From Polyangiaceae bacterium (GTDB taxonomy: Bacteria > Myxococcota_A > Polyangia > Polyangiales > Polyangiaceae), in contig JBILLK010000010.1 of NCBI GenBank assembly GCA_044376115.1, positions 160,001-224,000 of the forward strand: a stretch of DNA of 64,000 nucleotides, in the 5' to 3' direction. Under the pieces are notes generated by a model. The model did no database searches, was not told where the DNA came from, and saw nothing but the letters and a program-made list of their open reading frames with translations. Position 1 is the stretch's first letter. Every line of letters starts with the position of its first letter. This document shows, in pieces, positions 31,902 through 42,150 of this stretch. The position numbers and the translations under genes are program-made.

Positions 31902-33572
31902 GTGGACCTAATCTACTTTGCCCTGCTCTGCTCCGTGCTCATCTTCGTGCACGAGCTCGGCCATTTTGTGTGGGCCAAAATCTTCGGCGTGAAGGTGCTC
32001 ACCTTCTCCATCGGCTTCGGCCCAAAGATCATTCGGATTCGCGGACGGGAGACCGAATACTGCATCGGCATTCTGCCGCTCGGCGGCTTCGTCAAAATGC
32101 TCGAGGAGACACGCCAGGAGCGTGTTCTGCCTGAGGATCGCGGGCGCACCTTTGAAGCGCAACCGATCTACAAGCGAGCCATCATCGTGCTGGCTGGGCC
32201 GGCGATGAACATGCTGTTCCCCATCCTACTCTACTTCGGCGTGTTGGTCGGAGAGAAGGAAGGTACCGCACCAACCATCGGCTTCGTAGCGCCAGGCCAC
32301 CCCGCCGACGGCAAGCTCTTTCCCGGGGATCGCATCCTCGAGGTGGACGCCGAGCCGATCTACACCTTCGAGGAGCTGCGGCGCGCGATCCAAAAGAGCC
32401 CCGGCCGAGATCTGAAGCTCGGCGTGTTTCGCGGACGTGAACGAGTGGAGGTCGTGGTCACGCCCGAAGAGCGCATCATCCAGCGCCCGCTCGAGCTGGT
32501 CGACATCGTGGGTGAGATCGGCGTCGCCCCCAATCAACCCGCCGCTGTCGTCGGCGTCCCACGCACCGACTCCCCCGCTTACCGCGCCGGTCTTCGTACG
32601 TTCGACGTCGTAATCGAAGTGCGCGGCAAACCGGTTCGCTCCTACGCGGACCTGGACGCAGCGCTCTCCGACAATCACGGTGAGACCATCCCCGTCGGCT
32701 ATCTGCGTCCCACGCGCGTTCCCGACGCGCTCGGCAAAATGGCGGAGCTGTCGGTGTTCGAGTCCGGCGTAGCAGCCCTCACGCCTGATGTTGCGACTGG
32801 CACCACCTTGCAAAAGACCGGCATCGAGAGCGCCGATCTCTACGTCTATGCCGTCCCCGAGGGCTCGGCCGAGTACAAGGCCGACATCCGTCCGGGGGAT
32901 CGCATCGTCGCCGTCGACAACACCGAGGTGCCCGGCTGGGTCACCTTCGAGGAGCTCCTGTTTCGCAATCCGGATCGCCAACACACCGTGACCTTCGAAC
33001 GACAAGGCACACGCAAGACCGGCGTGATCAAGCTGCGTGAGGAGCTCTACATCGACGACTACGGCCAAGAGCGGCCGCGCTATTCGCTGCGTGCGCGCAA
33101 TTGGTCGCCGATCGTTTCGGAGCCCGAGGTCGAGAGCCCGCGCGCGATCCAATCGGCGTTCGTAAGGGCTTGTGAAGAGAGCTACGACGTCGCGCGCTTC
33201 ATCGTGGTCGGCATCGTTCGCATCTCGGAGGGGAAGGTCAGCCTCTCTACGCTAGGTGGTCCGATCACGGTGTACGACGTGGTTGGCCAAGAGCGAAAGA
33301 AGGGCGTCAGCTACTTCGTTTGGGCGATGGCGGTGATCTCGATCAACCTGGGCTTGATCAACCTGCTACCGGTGCCGGTGTTGGACGGCGGGCACTTATT
33401 GTTCTTCCTATTCGAGGCGCTGCTACGCAGGCCGCTCCCGCTGCGCGTGCGAGAGATCGCCAGTCTGGTGGGCATGCTGATGTTGATCGCGCTCATGGGT
33501 GTGGCCTTCCGAAATGACCTCGAGCGAAGACGTGACGTGATCCAAGGGCAGGTCGAGGAGCTGACGCGGTGA
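31902..33572 (+). CDS. rseP: RIP metalloprotease RseP (site-2 protease) with multiple PDZ domains
   Basis: HELGH, FSIGFGP, PLGGFV, AGPAMN, NLLPVPVLDGG. Confidence 0.93.
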   Translation: MDLIYFALLCSVLIFVHELGHFVWAKIFGVKVLTFSIGFGPKIIRIRGRETEYCIGILPLGGFVKMLEETRQERVLPEDRGRTFEAQPIYKRAIIVLAGPAMNMLFPILLYFGVLVGEKEGTAPTIGFVAPGHPADGKLFPGDRILEVDAEPIYTFEELRRAIQKSPGRDLKLGVFRGRERVEVVVTPEERIIQRPLELVDIVGEIGVAPNQPAAVVGVPRTDSPAYRAGLRTFDVVIEVRGKPVRSYADLDAALSDNHGETIPVGYLRPTRVPDALGKMAELSVFESGVAALTPDVATGTTLQKTGIESADLYVYAVPEGSAEYKADIRPGDRIVAVDNTEVPGWVTFEELLFRNPDRQHTVTFERQGTRKTGVIKLREELYIDDYGQERPRYSLRARNWSPIVSEPEVESPRAIQSAFVRACEESYDVARFIVVGIVRISEGKVSLSTLGGPITVYDVVGQERKKGVSYFVWAMAVISINLGLINLLPVPVLDGGHLLFFLFEALLRRPLPLRVREIASLVGMLMLIALMGVAFRNDLERRRDVIQGQVEELTR

Positions 33573-34921
33573 GTGAAGCCAATGCAAGCAACGGTGGGCG
33601 TGCAATCGCAGCCCGCGTACTCACCCGCGTCTGGGAAGATCGAGCGCACGCCGCGGCCGTGCTCGATGCCGAGATTCAACGCGCCGGCGAGCGTGACGTG
33701 CGCGAAGCTGGGCTCGCCACCGAGCTCACCTACGGCGTGCTGCGTATGCAGGGCTACCTCGAGGAAACCGGCCGAAGTCTTTCGTCGCGCGGCACCCTGA
33801 TCGACCACTACGAGGCCCGCGCGCACCTGCTGATCGCCCTCTACTCCATCTCCTTCTTGGATCGGATTCCGGTGTTTGCGGCGGTGTCCGAGGGTGTAGC
33901 GGGCATCAAGCGATTGATCGGCGAGAAGCCCGCCAACTTCGCGAACGCGATCCTGCGAGCCCATGCCCTCACCATCGAGAAGAAGGGCCGGCCCGATCCG
34001 AAGAAGACCATTCTCGAGAGCACGCCGAGCTGGCTAAAGGGCGCACTGCGAGGCTCGCTTGGCCGCCGTGAAGCGCTCGATTTTTTGACCGCCGGTGCCG
34101 AGAGTCCGCCGCTCCACTTGGCGGTCGCCGACGCCAAAGAACGGGAGGCGATCCTCGCGCGGCTGCGTGCGTACTCCGACGAGAGCGGAGAGCCGCCCGA
34201 GCAGCAGCACTTTGAGCCCACTCGCTTTTCACCCCACGGCATCATTGCGCGCGCTGTGGCGCACCCGCGCAGTCTGCCCGGCTTCGAGCGAGAGTGGATC
34301 GTGCAAGAGGAGGGCGCCCAACTGGTTGCCCTTGCGCTCGGTGCCCAGCCTGGGGACGCGGTGCTCGACGCATGCGCTGGTCGAGGCAACAAATCCTGGT
34401 TGCTATCACAGCAAGTTGGTCCGAGCGGCAAAGTCACGTTGGTCGACAAGTACCCCGCGAAGCTCGCCGCCTTCATCGCGCGAGGAGAAGCGAAGTCACA
34501 ACTCGCAACGCATGCATTGGACCTCACCGTCGGCATCGGAGAGCTCACCCGCGAGAGCTTTGACCGTGTCCTCGTTGATGCACCATGCAGCGGGATCGGC
34601 ACGTTGCGCAGGCGTCCCGAGATCGGGCTGCATCGCGAAGAGGCCGACTTGGCGGAGCTCGCGGCGTTGCAACTCGCGATCACCCAGCGAGCCAGTGGAC
34701 TGTTGCGCCCGGGAGGAACGCTGGTCTACGCCGTTTGCAGCGTGCTCAAAGCCGAGTGTGAAGACGTACTCGCACGACTGCTTGAAACGGAGCCGCTCGA
34801 GCCGCTCCCGCTCAAAGGCACCCTGCCGGAAGAGCTCGTTGCCGAGAACCACACACTTCGGCTGTTACCGAATAAACATGGTACCGACGGATTTTTCCTA
34901 GCTGCATTCCGCCGCCGTTAA
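33569..34921 (+). CDS. rsmB: 16S rRNA m5C967 methyltransferase RsmB/Sun family
   Basis: N-terminal NusB-like domain (LTYGVLR, FANAILR), VLDACAGRGNK, DAPCSG, YAVCS, DGFF. Confidence 0.85.
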   Translation: MSEANASNGGRAIAARVLTRVWEDRAHAAAVLDAEIQRAGERDVREAGLATELTYGVLRMQGYLEETGRSLSSRGTLIDHYEARAHLLIALYSISFLDRIPVFAAVSEGVAGIKRLIGEKPANFANAILRAHALTIEKKGRPDPKKTILESTPSWLKGALRGSLGRREALDFLTAGAESPPLHLAVADAKEREAILARLRAYSDESGEPPEQQHFEPTRFSPHGIIARAVAHPRSLPGFEREWIVQEEGAQLVALALGAQPGDAVLDACAGRGNKSWLLSQQVGPSGKVTLVDKYPAKLAAFIARGEAKSQLATHALDLTVGIGELTRESFDRVLVDAPCSGIGTLRRRPEIGLHREEADLAELAALQLAITQRASGLLRPGGTLVYAVCSVLKAECEDVLARLLETEPLEPLPLKGTLPEELVAENHTLRLLPNKHGTDGFFLAAFRRR

Positions 34922-35097
34922 TGCGCTATCCAAACAGCGCTGTGTGACTGAGATCATTGCGGGAACTTCGCGCGAAGGGGCTCGAGGCAGGCGGCTCGTT
35001 GGGCACGGGCTGGATCATCGTTGGCCCTCGTCAAGCAGCCACAGTGTGGCGCGCAGCCACACACACAAATAATTGATTTTATTAAGTATACCGATCT

Positions 35098-35114
35098 ACT
35101 GACCGCTAGTTAGT
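35098..35114 (+). promoter_or_regulatory. imperfect palindrome in an AT-rich patch; candidate repressor operator
   Basis: ACTGAC-N5-GTTAGT directly downstream of AT-rich AAATAATTGATTTTATTAAGTATA and upstream of a GGAGG RBS. Confidence 0.35.
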
Positions 35115-35135
35115 CTAACGACTGGAGGTCGGCCG

Positions 35136-35945
35136 ATGAAGTTAACGAGACTGATGCTTGCGCTGGTGTTTGCTGGATGCATTCCACAGGAGCCGCTCGA
35201 GTCTTCCGAGGGCGAGTCCGATAGCGAAGAACTCCAAGGCGCTCGCCCGCGGTTCATCCACGTTGGCGGAATCTGTTCGACGGATTGGACCACCGGCAAG
35301 AAGACCGGCGTCCCGCTAGGGCAGTGGTCCGATGTCGACAGCATCGACGCCAAGATCGATCAGCGCTCGAGCATGGCGCAGGCGGTCTTCGATCTGAAGA
35401 GCGAGCTCGATCGCTCCTGCACCGATGAGAACTGGTGCTACCTGCACGGCTACTCCAACGGCGCTGCCGTGATCTCCAAGACGCTCTCAACCTATGAGGA
35501 AGAGCGCTGGAATATCTTGTGGGTGCTGACCACCGCGAGCAACGAAGGCGGCAGTGAACTATCCGGCGGCTCGCTCTCGCAACTCGGCGACACCTTGGGC
35601 CTAAGCTGCGGACTAGCAGCGAAGATCAGCCCGACCGATCACCGCTCCGCTTGGAATCACGACGATACCAACGGCGCGATCTTCTACAGCATCGGTGGCT
35701 ATAACGAGTGGTGGTACACGGGTAGCGTCCCCGACTTCTTCAACAACGACGCCAACGATGGCGCTGTAGCGGCCCATTCGAGCGCGGGCCTAAACGATAC
35801 GTACAGCGTGCCGGATGCAGACCCTTGGATGTGCTTCGATCCGAAGCAACACTTCGCCAATCACCAAGGGGCTTTTGAATGCGCTGGCTATGACGCCGAT
35901 CATTTCCAGATGGCTTCACAAGGGATCGAGGTGTTGGGCGGATGA
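35136..35945 (+). CDS. alpha/beta-hydrolase-fold lipoprotein (lipase-like)
   Basis: Lipobox FAGC, GYSNG elbow, GGSEL, NDGAV, C-terminal DH. Confidence 0.7.
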   Translation: MKLTRLMLALVFAGCIPQEPLESSEGESDSEELQGARPRFIHVGGICSTDWTTGKKTGVPLGQWSDVDSIDAKIDQRSSMAQAVFDLKSELDRSCTDENWCYLHGYSNGAAVISKTLSTYEEERWNILWVLTTASNEGGSELSGGSLSQLGDTLGLSCGLAAKISPTDHRSAWNHDDTNGAIFYSIGGYNEWWYTGSVPDFFNNDANDGAVAAHSSAGLNDTYSVPDADPWMCFDPKQHFANHQGAFECAGYDADHFQMASQGIEVLGG

Positions 35946-37099
35946 AAGCGGGGCCCAGCTCAAAGGCCCGCCTCGCTGTCGGTTGCGCGCTTGCGCTGAT
36001 TCTATTGCTGGTGGTGCAAGCGCGAGGGCGGCAAGCTTCGCTAAGCTCAAGAGCCGCGCGTGCAGCGACCGTCGCGCCGACGGTAAAGCCGCCGCTGCAC
36101 CGCGCAACACAACGCGAGGGACTCGCCAATGGGGCCAACGTCGCGCTCGACGAACGCACTGACAATGGCTCGTCTGCGCCACAAGCCGATGCAGCAACCA
36201 TCGACTACGAACGAAGCTCGGTCTACCCGCCAAGCTCGAGGCCGCTGCGCGAAACCGACCGCTCGCTCATTGATTGGAACGCTCGCTACGAAATGCCTCG
36301 CCCGGTTCTCGGGGATCCCCAGCTCCGTGTGCTCTTTACGGCCGACCGCGCGCTGGTCATTGGGGAAGAGCCGCTCAACCTCAGGTTCGTCGCCTACGGT
36401 GCAGAACTTAGCGGCCTCGAAGTGAGCGCTGCCCCCATCAACAACAGCGTCGCGCCCATCTCCGTCGCGATGCAGCCGAAGCACGGCGAGTTTGTCGGCC
36501 AGTTCGCCCCGGCCGCGCTCGCGCTGACGTCGCCCAACCACGTCCGATTCACGGCGCGCTACAAAACCAGCACCGGCGTCACCGATGACGTCCTCATCCA
36601 CGCCGAGGTCCACCCGTCGGCCACCCTGCCGGCAGCCTTCACTGGCCGCTTTCGCGAGCAGGTCGAAGCTGGGTCGCTCGCGATCTACGCCGAGGTCAAC
36701 GTTGCTCGCGAAGGCTACTACCTCGTTGACGCTAACCTCTATTCCAACGCCAGCCCCGTCGCGTGGACGCGCTTCAAAGGCACTTTACCGAGCGGTCTGA
36801 CAGAGGTGCGCTTGGCCTTCTTTGGCAAGGTGCTACGCGACCACGCGGCCGCTGATCCATCGTCGCGCACCCTCGGGCCCTACGAGTTAGGCCAGCTGCG
36901 AGGTGCGTTGCTTGCTCCGGAGAGTGATCCAGAGCTATTGCGGTTGGCCCCTGCAGAGGCACCCTTCACGACGAAGAGCTACGAGCTCGACGAGCTTTCC
37001 GATGCTGCATTCGACAGCAGCTTCAAGCAGGCCAAGCTCGCAAAACTGCGCGAACTTGCGCTAAATGGCACAGGGCCGACGATCTCTCGTCAGCCCTGA
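35942..37099 (+). CDS. membrane-anchored beta-sandwich protein (partner of the upstream hydrolase)
   Basis: ATGA overlap; one N-terminal TM helix; YPPSSRPL motif; Ig-like strands. Confidence 0.65.
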   Translation: MKAGPSSKARLAVGCALALILLLVVQARGRQASLSSRAARAATVAPTVKPPLHRATQREGLANGANVALDERTDNGSSAPQADAATIDYERSSVYPPSSRPLRETDRSLIDWNARYEMPRPVLGDPQLRVLFTADRALVIGEEPLNLRFVAYGAELSGLEVSAAPINNSVAPISVAMQPKHGEFVGQFAPAALALTSPNHVRFTARYKTSTGVTDDVLIHAEVHPSATLPAAFTGRFREQVEAGSLAIYAEVNVAREGYYLVDANLYSNASPVAWTRFKGTLPSGLTEVRLAFFGKVLRDHAAADPSSRTLGPYELGQLRGALLAPESDPELLRLAPAEAPFTTKSYELDELSDAAFDSSFKQAKLAKLRELALNGTGPTISRQP

Positions 37100-37122
37100 G
37101 CTTCGACCTCGAAGTCGCGCCT

Positions 37123-38373
37123 TTATTGCGGGATAGGCGTGGTCCCGACGCTCACCGTACCGCCGTTGGCGATCCACTCGAAGTTATCAATCAGCGTGGT
37201 TGAGTCGAGGGCGGTGTCCCCGGTATCCCAGGTTGCAAAGCGGATGGAGAAGGTCTCCCCGCCAGTGATTGGCGCTTGCGTCTGAAGCCAGCTGGTCGCG
37301 CCTTCGCCGTCGCCGAAGCCGGTGCCTTGTAGTTCGGTGACGCCCGCTGGGCAGCCTTGACAGACGTCGAAGAAAGCGACGTTGACGCTGACCGGGTTGT
37401 TCTGCGAGTCAAACGAGATATTGCCGTTCACCGAGCCCTGAGGCGGCGGATTGACCAGCGCAATGAACTGGTCATTGAAGGTGGTGCAAACCCACTCGGG
37501 GTACTCGAAGGAGTAGAACTTGAAGCCGAACTTGTAGCCCGTCGCGTTGGTTGGTGCTCGCAAGACGAGGTCCAGAGCGACGTCATCATTGATGTTCGCC
37601 CCCCCCTGACAACCGTTTACGTTTTGCGGGAAGCCGGGCGGTGGAGTCCCCGGGCCGTTGTAGGTGCATGAGGAACCAATGCAAGCGCCCGGATCCGATG
37701 CGTCTCGCGCAGCGCCCGACGAAATGGCCAACAGGCGTGAGCCGGCCTGATTGAAGACGTTGGTGCCGAAGCCATCGAGCAGGCCCATATGACCGTTGAC
37801 CGTGGCTGGGTTGCCGTTCGCCCGAACCCACTGCGCGCTAACCACACCCCAGTCCTGAGGGCCGCTCGCCTGCTTGCATAGCTCGATCGCGCGTGCACCA
37901 TCGAGCGCGTTCGTTCCGGCGATGTCCAACCCGTCGTCGCAGGCGCCGGCCACGTTGTCTGCCTCGCCGTCGCAGTCTTCATCGGCGGGGACGTAACCGC
38001 CTGCGCCGCCGGAGCCGTCATCCATCCCGATGACTTCAATCGCCCCCGGGTTCACGTTCTTATCGCAATCGTTACAATCACCCGCGTTGACAGAAAAGCC
38101 GTCCGCGTCCTTGTCTTCATCTGGACCCGAGTCACAGCCGTTCGGCGTGGGGCTGCCACCCGTGCCCATGAACACGCCCGCGGAACCGCCGCCGCCAGTG
38201 CCCGGGCCTTGCGCCCCAGCGCTCGTGGTGCTGGTTGGTCCTTGGCCCGCTCCACCGCCACCGTCTTCATTCGACGTTGCTCCGGTGCTGGTGCTTCCAC
38301 CCGCCGAACAGGCTCCCGCGGCGCCAACAAGAATAAGCGTTAACAGCGAATGACTAAGTTTGCTCGTGTGCAT
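37123..38373 (-). CDS. lipoprotein with MopE-like putative metal-binding repeat and choice-of-anchor L-like domain
   Basis: Lipobox AGAC, Gly/Thr linker, DCNDCDKNVNPGAIEV...DEDCDG, SFEYPEWVCTTFND, WDTGD...DS. Confidence 0.75.
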   Translation of the reverse strand: MHTSKLSHSLLTLILVGAAGACSAGGSTSTGATSNEDGGGGAGQGPTSTTSAGAQGPGTGGGGSAGVFMGTGGSPTPNGCDSGPDEDKDADGFSVNAGDCNDCDKNVNPGAIEVIGMDDGSGGAGGYVPADEDCDGEADNVAGACDDGLDIAGTNALDGARAIELCKQASGPQDWGVVSAQWVRANGNPATVNGHMGLLDGFGTNVFNQAGSRLLAISSGAARDASDPGACIGSSCTYNGPGTPPPGFPQNVNGCQGGANINDDVALDLVLRAPTNATGYKFGFKFYSFEYPEWVCTTFNDQFIALVNPPPQGSVNGNISFDSQNNPVSVNVAFFDVCQGCPAGVTELQGTGFGDGEGATSWLQTQAPITGGETFSIRFATWDTGDTALDSTTLIDNFEWIANGGTVSVGTTPIPQ

Positions 38374-38667
38374 CTCGGAAAGGCTATCGCGAAAAACCAA
38401 GGACACGAAGAGTGAAACTGCGCTGGGCGCTGCCAGGTTCCGGCCGGTGACGCACGATGGCAGCTGCAGGTTCAGCTCCGCTTTTAGCGAATCTCACTCG
38501 CTGCTCGTGCGATCTCGGCCGCTGCGACCCAATTTGCCGGGGCCGCCTTCGCGGAAGAACGCCTTGGCATGCTCTCGCAGCGAGCTACGTGCTTGCGAGC
38601 TTCTATCGTGAGGCGTTTTAGTTATCTATCGAGTGAACAGAGGAACTCTTCACCTGGTATTGACCGA

Positions 38668-39162
38668 CTAGTTCTCTGGCGGCGTGACAGCGGCGTTGAC
38701 CTCGGACAGGATCTGCTCGGCCTCGTCTTGGTCCAAGTCGAGCGAGGAGATCAAATCGAGATCGAACTCGAATTCGCGGTCGGCAGCGTCGAGGTCCGAC
38801 ATCGCCATCAAACAGGCAACGCGGTAAGCCGCCTTTCGGGCCTCCAAGTCTCCTCCCAACTTGTGAACGGCGGCGTGCAATCGGGCCATGACCTCATCCT
38901 GGCCGCCATTCACGTGCAGCTTGTCAAGCCAATCTCGCAGGTCATCATCCTCGAGGTCCTTTCGCTCTCCAGGCGCGGCGCGCCCCGCCTCGCTCACCAT
39001 CACTGCCGCGATCACGCTGAAGGCATCGAGTTCTTCGTCTCGCAGCTCACCATCGACCGCCATCGTCAGGTAGGCGATCTCAATGATGGCGCGGCCCACC
39101 TCGTTGGTGAACTTGGGCAAGGACGTGAGCGCACGGTCTACCGCGAGACGAAAGAGAGTCAT
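38668..39162 (-). CDS. TerB-like (tellurite resistance) helical protein
   Basis: YLTMAVDGELRDEE and AMSDLDAADRE duplicated acidic motifs. Confidence 0.7.
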   Translation of the reverse strand: MTLFRLAVDRALTSLPKFTNEVGRAIIEIAYLTMAVDGELRDEELDAFSVIAAVMVSEAGRAAPGERKDLEDDDLRDWLDKLHVNGGQDEVMARLHAAVHKLGGDLEARKAAYRVACLMAMSDLDAADREFEFDLDLISSLDLDQDEAEQILSEVNAAVTPPEN

Positions 39163-39253
39163 TGCCGGGCATGGTACTCCAGGATCGACCACTGCCAAGC
39201 GCGAAGGACCAAAGCTGCGCAGCCCCGTTGCCACCGCCGGTTGGCAGGCCTAG

Positions 39254-39844
39254 GTGAGAACGATGTTGGAGCTTCTGCGAACAGCCCTGCGCCCGACGCT
39301 GAGCTTGCCGGAGCAACCCGAGCACGAGCGAGCGGCTGCAGTGGCGGCAATTTTTCGCAAACGCGCGGACGTTACGGAGGTCCTTCTGATCGAACGTGCC
39401 GAACGTGAGGGAGACCCCTGGTCGGGCCACATGGCGCTACCGGGCGGCCGTCGCGCCCCAAACGACACGGCCCTGCGCGAAACGGCGATTCGCGAGACTC
39501 TGGAGGAAATTGGGCTCGATCTGCGAGCCGCCGCAGAGTTGATTGGCATCCTTCCCGCGGAGGACGCGACGGGCCGGGGAAGCGCGCAACCGCTGAGTAT
39601 CTTGCCCTTCGCCTTCGAGCTTCTGGGGGACACCGAGCTGCGCCTCAACCACGAGGTCAAAGAGGTGATCTGGACACCGATCGAGCCGCTACTGCGCGGG
39701 GAACGCAGAACGTCGGTCAAGGTCAAGCACGCCGGACAAGACTGGGAACTGCCTGGTTGGCACGTCGAGGGCCGGGTGGTCTGGGGGCTCACCTACAGGA
39801 TGCTCACCACGCTGTTTTTGAGGCTTCCAGTCGAGCGATCGTGA
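39254..39844 (+). CDS. Nudix hydrolase, CoA pyrophosphatase family
   Basis: AAVA, WSGHMALPGG, TAIRETLEEIG, VWGLT. Confidence 0.9.
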   Translation: MRTMLELLRTALRPTLSLPEQPEHERAAAVAAIFRKRADVTEVLLIERAEREGDPWSGHMALPGGRRAPNDTALRETAIRETLEEIGLDLRAAAELIGILPAEDATGRGSAQPLSILPFAFELLGDTELRLNHEVKEVIWTPIEPLLRGERRTSVKVKHAGQDWELPGWHVEGRVVWGLTYRMLTTLFLRLPVERS

Positions 39845-39880
39845 CATGACAGCGCCTTCCATCTCGGGCAGACTCCCGCC

Positions 39881-40558
39881 ATGGTGAACAACCGTGAGGC
39901 CCTGGTGGGATTGGTCGGCTCCTTTGCATCGGTGGTCGCTCGCGGGCTCCCAGCGCTGAGAGCTGCGATCAACGGCGCTCGGGTCGGAGCTGGGAAGGCC
40001 TTCAATGCCGCCACGGTCGAGAGCTTAGGCATTGCGGTGATCGCCTCGGATGCATCGCAAAAACTACAAGCGATTGTGCCGGGGCCGCTCGCTGTAGCGG
40101 TTAAGTCAAAAGACGGCCTCGCTTTGAGGGTTACCGCGTTGGGGGGCGTTTCTGCAGGCGTTACGGAGAGCGCCGTCGCGGCCATGAGTCGCGTCCCAGT
40201 CCGTCAAGCCTTGATGGGTGTTGGCAAGGCTACGGCGCAAGGTGCGCTGGCGGGAGCCCTGGTTGACGGCGCACTCGCTGCCTTCCATGCGAGTAAGGCC
40301 GTGAAGGCTGGGGAAATGAGCACTCGCGAGGGCGCAATCTTTACGGCACAGCGAGTTGGTCGAGGGGCCGCCGTTGGCGGAGCCGGCGTGCTTGCGGCGG
40401 GCGCGGCCTCAGCGGCGGTGGCAGCCAGTGGACTCGCAGTCATGGGCGCGCCAGTCGTAGTGCCGCTCGTGACGATGGTCGCGGTAGGCACGGTGGTTGG
40501 ACGGCAGATCGACAAGCTGCTGACCAGCCCGGAGCGGTCGTTACCAGGCCGCTCATGA
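39881..40558 (+). CDS. hypothetical Gly/Ala-rich membrane protein
   Basis: 225 aa; C-terminal glycine-zipper-like hydrophobic helices; ATGA overlap with the next gene. Confidence 0.55.
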   Translation: MVNNREALVGLVGSFASVVARGLPALRAAINGARVGAGKAFNAATVESLGIAVIASDASQKLQAIVPGPLAVAVKSKDGLALRVTALGGVSAGVTESAVAAMSRVPVRQALMGVGKATAQGALAGALVDGALAAFHASKAVKAGEMSTREGAIFTAQRVGRGAAVGGAGVLAAGAASAAVAASGLAVMGAPVVVPLVTMVAVGTVVGRQIDKLLTSPERSLPGRS

Positions 40559-41367
40559 GCGAGCTGCCCGCGCTCTCCCAGGAGCTGCTAGCCGTGGCGC
40601 GGCTCGCCTCGGCGCTCATCATGCAGGGCTATCGCAAGCGCCCCGAGGCCGCAAAAAAAGAGCCGCGTGACCTCGTGACCGAGTTCGACCTGCGCAGCCA
40701 AGAATTGATCGTTAGCGAACTTGGCCGGCGGCTTCCGGGCGTGGCCATTGTCGCCGAGGAGGGCACAGCTCCCGGCGAGCCCGTGACGGGTACGGCATTG
40801 ATTGTCGATCCCATCGACGGCACCACCAATTTCGCGCACGGTCACCCCTTCTTTGCCGTATCAATCGGACTATTTCGGGACGGTTTGCCGAGCGCAGGCG
40901 CGGTGGTCGCCCCAGCCATCGGGATCGAGTGGGCAGGCCATTACGACGGCTGCCGTGGTTCACTAATGCGCAATGGGGAACCGGCGGCCGTCAGTGCTAC
41001 CACACGCTTCGACGAGGCACTGATCGCCACCGGCTTCCCCCCAAATCGTGAGCACGCGCCGGAGAACAACTTCGACTCATTCCAACGGGTAAAGCGCACA
41101 GCACGCGCAGTACGGCGCTGCGGATCTGCCGCTATCGACATTTGCTTCGTCGCCGACGGAACCTACGACGGCTACTGGGAACGTAGACTCCATATCTGGG
41201 ACATCGCAGCAGGAGCTGCGTTCGTGTTCGCAGGCGGAGGTCGCATTAGCTCCTTGGACGGCGGGCCACCACGCTATGAGCGCGGGCACCTAATCGCGAC
41301 CAACGGACACATTCACCAAGAATTGGTCAAGCAAGTAGGCTCAGAGCCAAGCCAGCCCAACTCCTAA
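40555..41367 (+). CDS. suhB: inositol monophosphatase family protein
   Basis: DLVTEFD, AEEG, DPIDGTTNF, RRCGSAA, WDIAAG. Confidence 0.85.
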   Translation: MSELPALSQELLAVARLASALIMQGYRKRPEAAKKEPRDLVTEFDLRSQELIVSELGRRLPGVAIVAEEGTAPGEPVTGTALIVDPIDGTTNFAHGHPFFAVSIGLFRDGLPSAGAVVAPAIGIEWAGHYDGCRGSLMRNGEPAAVSATTRFDEALIATGFPPNREHAPENNFDSFQRVKRTARAVRRCGSAAIDICFVADGTYDGYWERRLHIWDIAAGAAFVFAGGGRISSLDGGPPRYERGHLIATNGHIHQELVKQVGSEPSQPNS

Positions 41368-42146
41368 TGCTGTGTCGTCGCGAGAGTGGGGCTGGTAGCC
41401 TCGCGCTCGAGATGGACGTTGCCTTCATTCTGACCAAAACCGCCGAGCTACCCAGTACAGAGGCCGTCAAGGCCGCCGCCCTGCGTTATGGGCTCCAATT
41501 GAACGCGGAGCCAACTCCGAGCGGACCGCCTTCGTCGTATGAAATCGCAGGCGTGGGGCAACTTACGCTAATGCCTATTCCGGCACCGTTTCCAGATCTT
41601 GCGCGTGCCCCCAAGAGCCCGACCTCACCCACGAGCGAGGAACTGGCCGCAGCAAGCGCTCACTTCATCTTGACGGTGCTCGGGTTTAGCGGGCCGCCCC
41701 GCCAGCGCGACGCGAAGATGGCAGGAGTCGCCGCGGCCGTCGCTACAGCTTGCAACGCTATTGGCATAAAGCTCGCGCATGGGGTGGTGTTCCATAAGGC
41801 CGGCCTCTACGCAGAGTTGACAGCAGCAGCGCTCGACCTTGCCGACCTCGCGCCGGAAACCGCAATCGACATTACCACCACCTCCGAACCCCGTGGGCGC
41901 ATCGGCTTCCTCACCCACGGCCTAGCCCGCTATGACCGCAGCGAGCTTCATATCACAGCATCGACCGAGGGCCGCGGGGCCCTCGGCTTCGTGTTCGACA
42001 TGATTCGCTGGCAGCTCTCCACCGACGTGGAGGTGCTCCCAGGGCACACCGTAGGCCGCACGGCCGAGGAGAAGCTGGCGGTGATTCGAGCTCCCAGCCC
42101 GACGGGTCGCGGCCCAGAAGTCCTGCGCATCGACCTGCCTGAGTGA
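41367..42146 (+). CDS. hypothetical protein (DUF4261/SUFU-like C-terminus)
   Basis: FLTHGL...EL...GHTVG pattern; TAATG overlap. Confidence 0.55.
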   Translation: MLCRRESGAGSLALEMDVAFILTKTAELPSTEAVKAAALRYGLQLNAEPTPSGPPSSYEIAGVGQLTLMPIPAPFPDLARAPKSPTSPTSEELAAASAHFILTVLGFSGPPRQRDAKMAGVAAAVATACNAIGIKLAHGVVFHKAGLYAELTAAALDLADLAPETAIDITTTSEPRGRIGFLTHGLARYDRSELHITASTEGRGALGFVFDMIRWQLSTDVEVLPGHTVGRTAEEKLAVIRAPSPTGRGPEVLRIDLPE

Positions 42147-42150
42147 AGCG

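Noticed and set aside
38564..38579. TTGGCATGCTCTCGCA as a sigma54 promoter
   Set aside because: GG-to-GC spacing is 9 rather than 10 and it points away from the flanking minus-strand genes.
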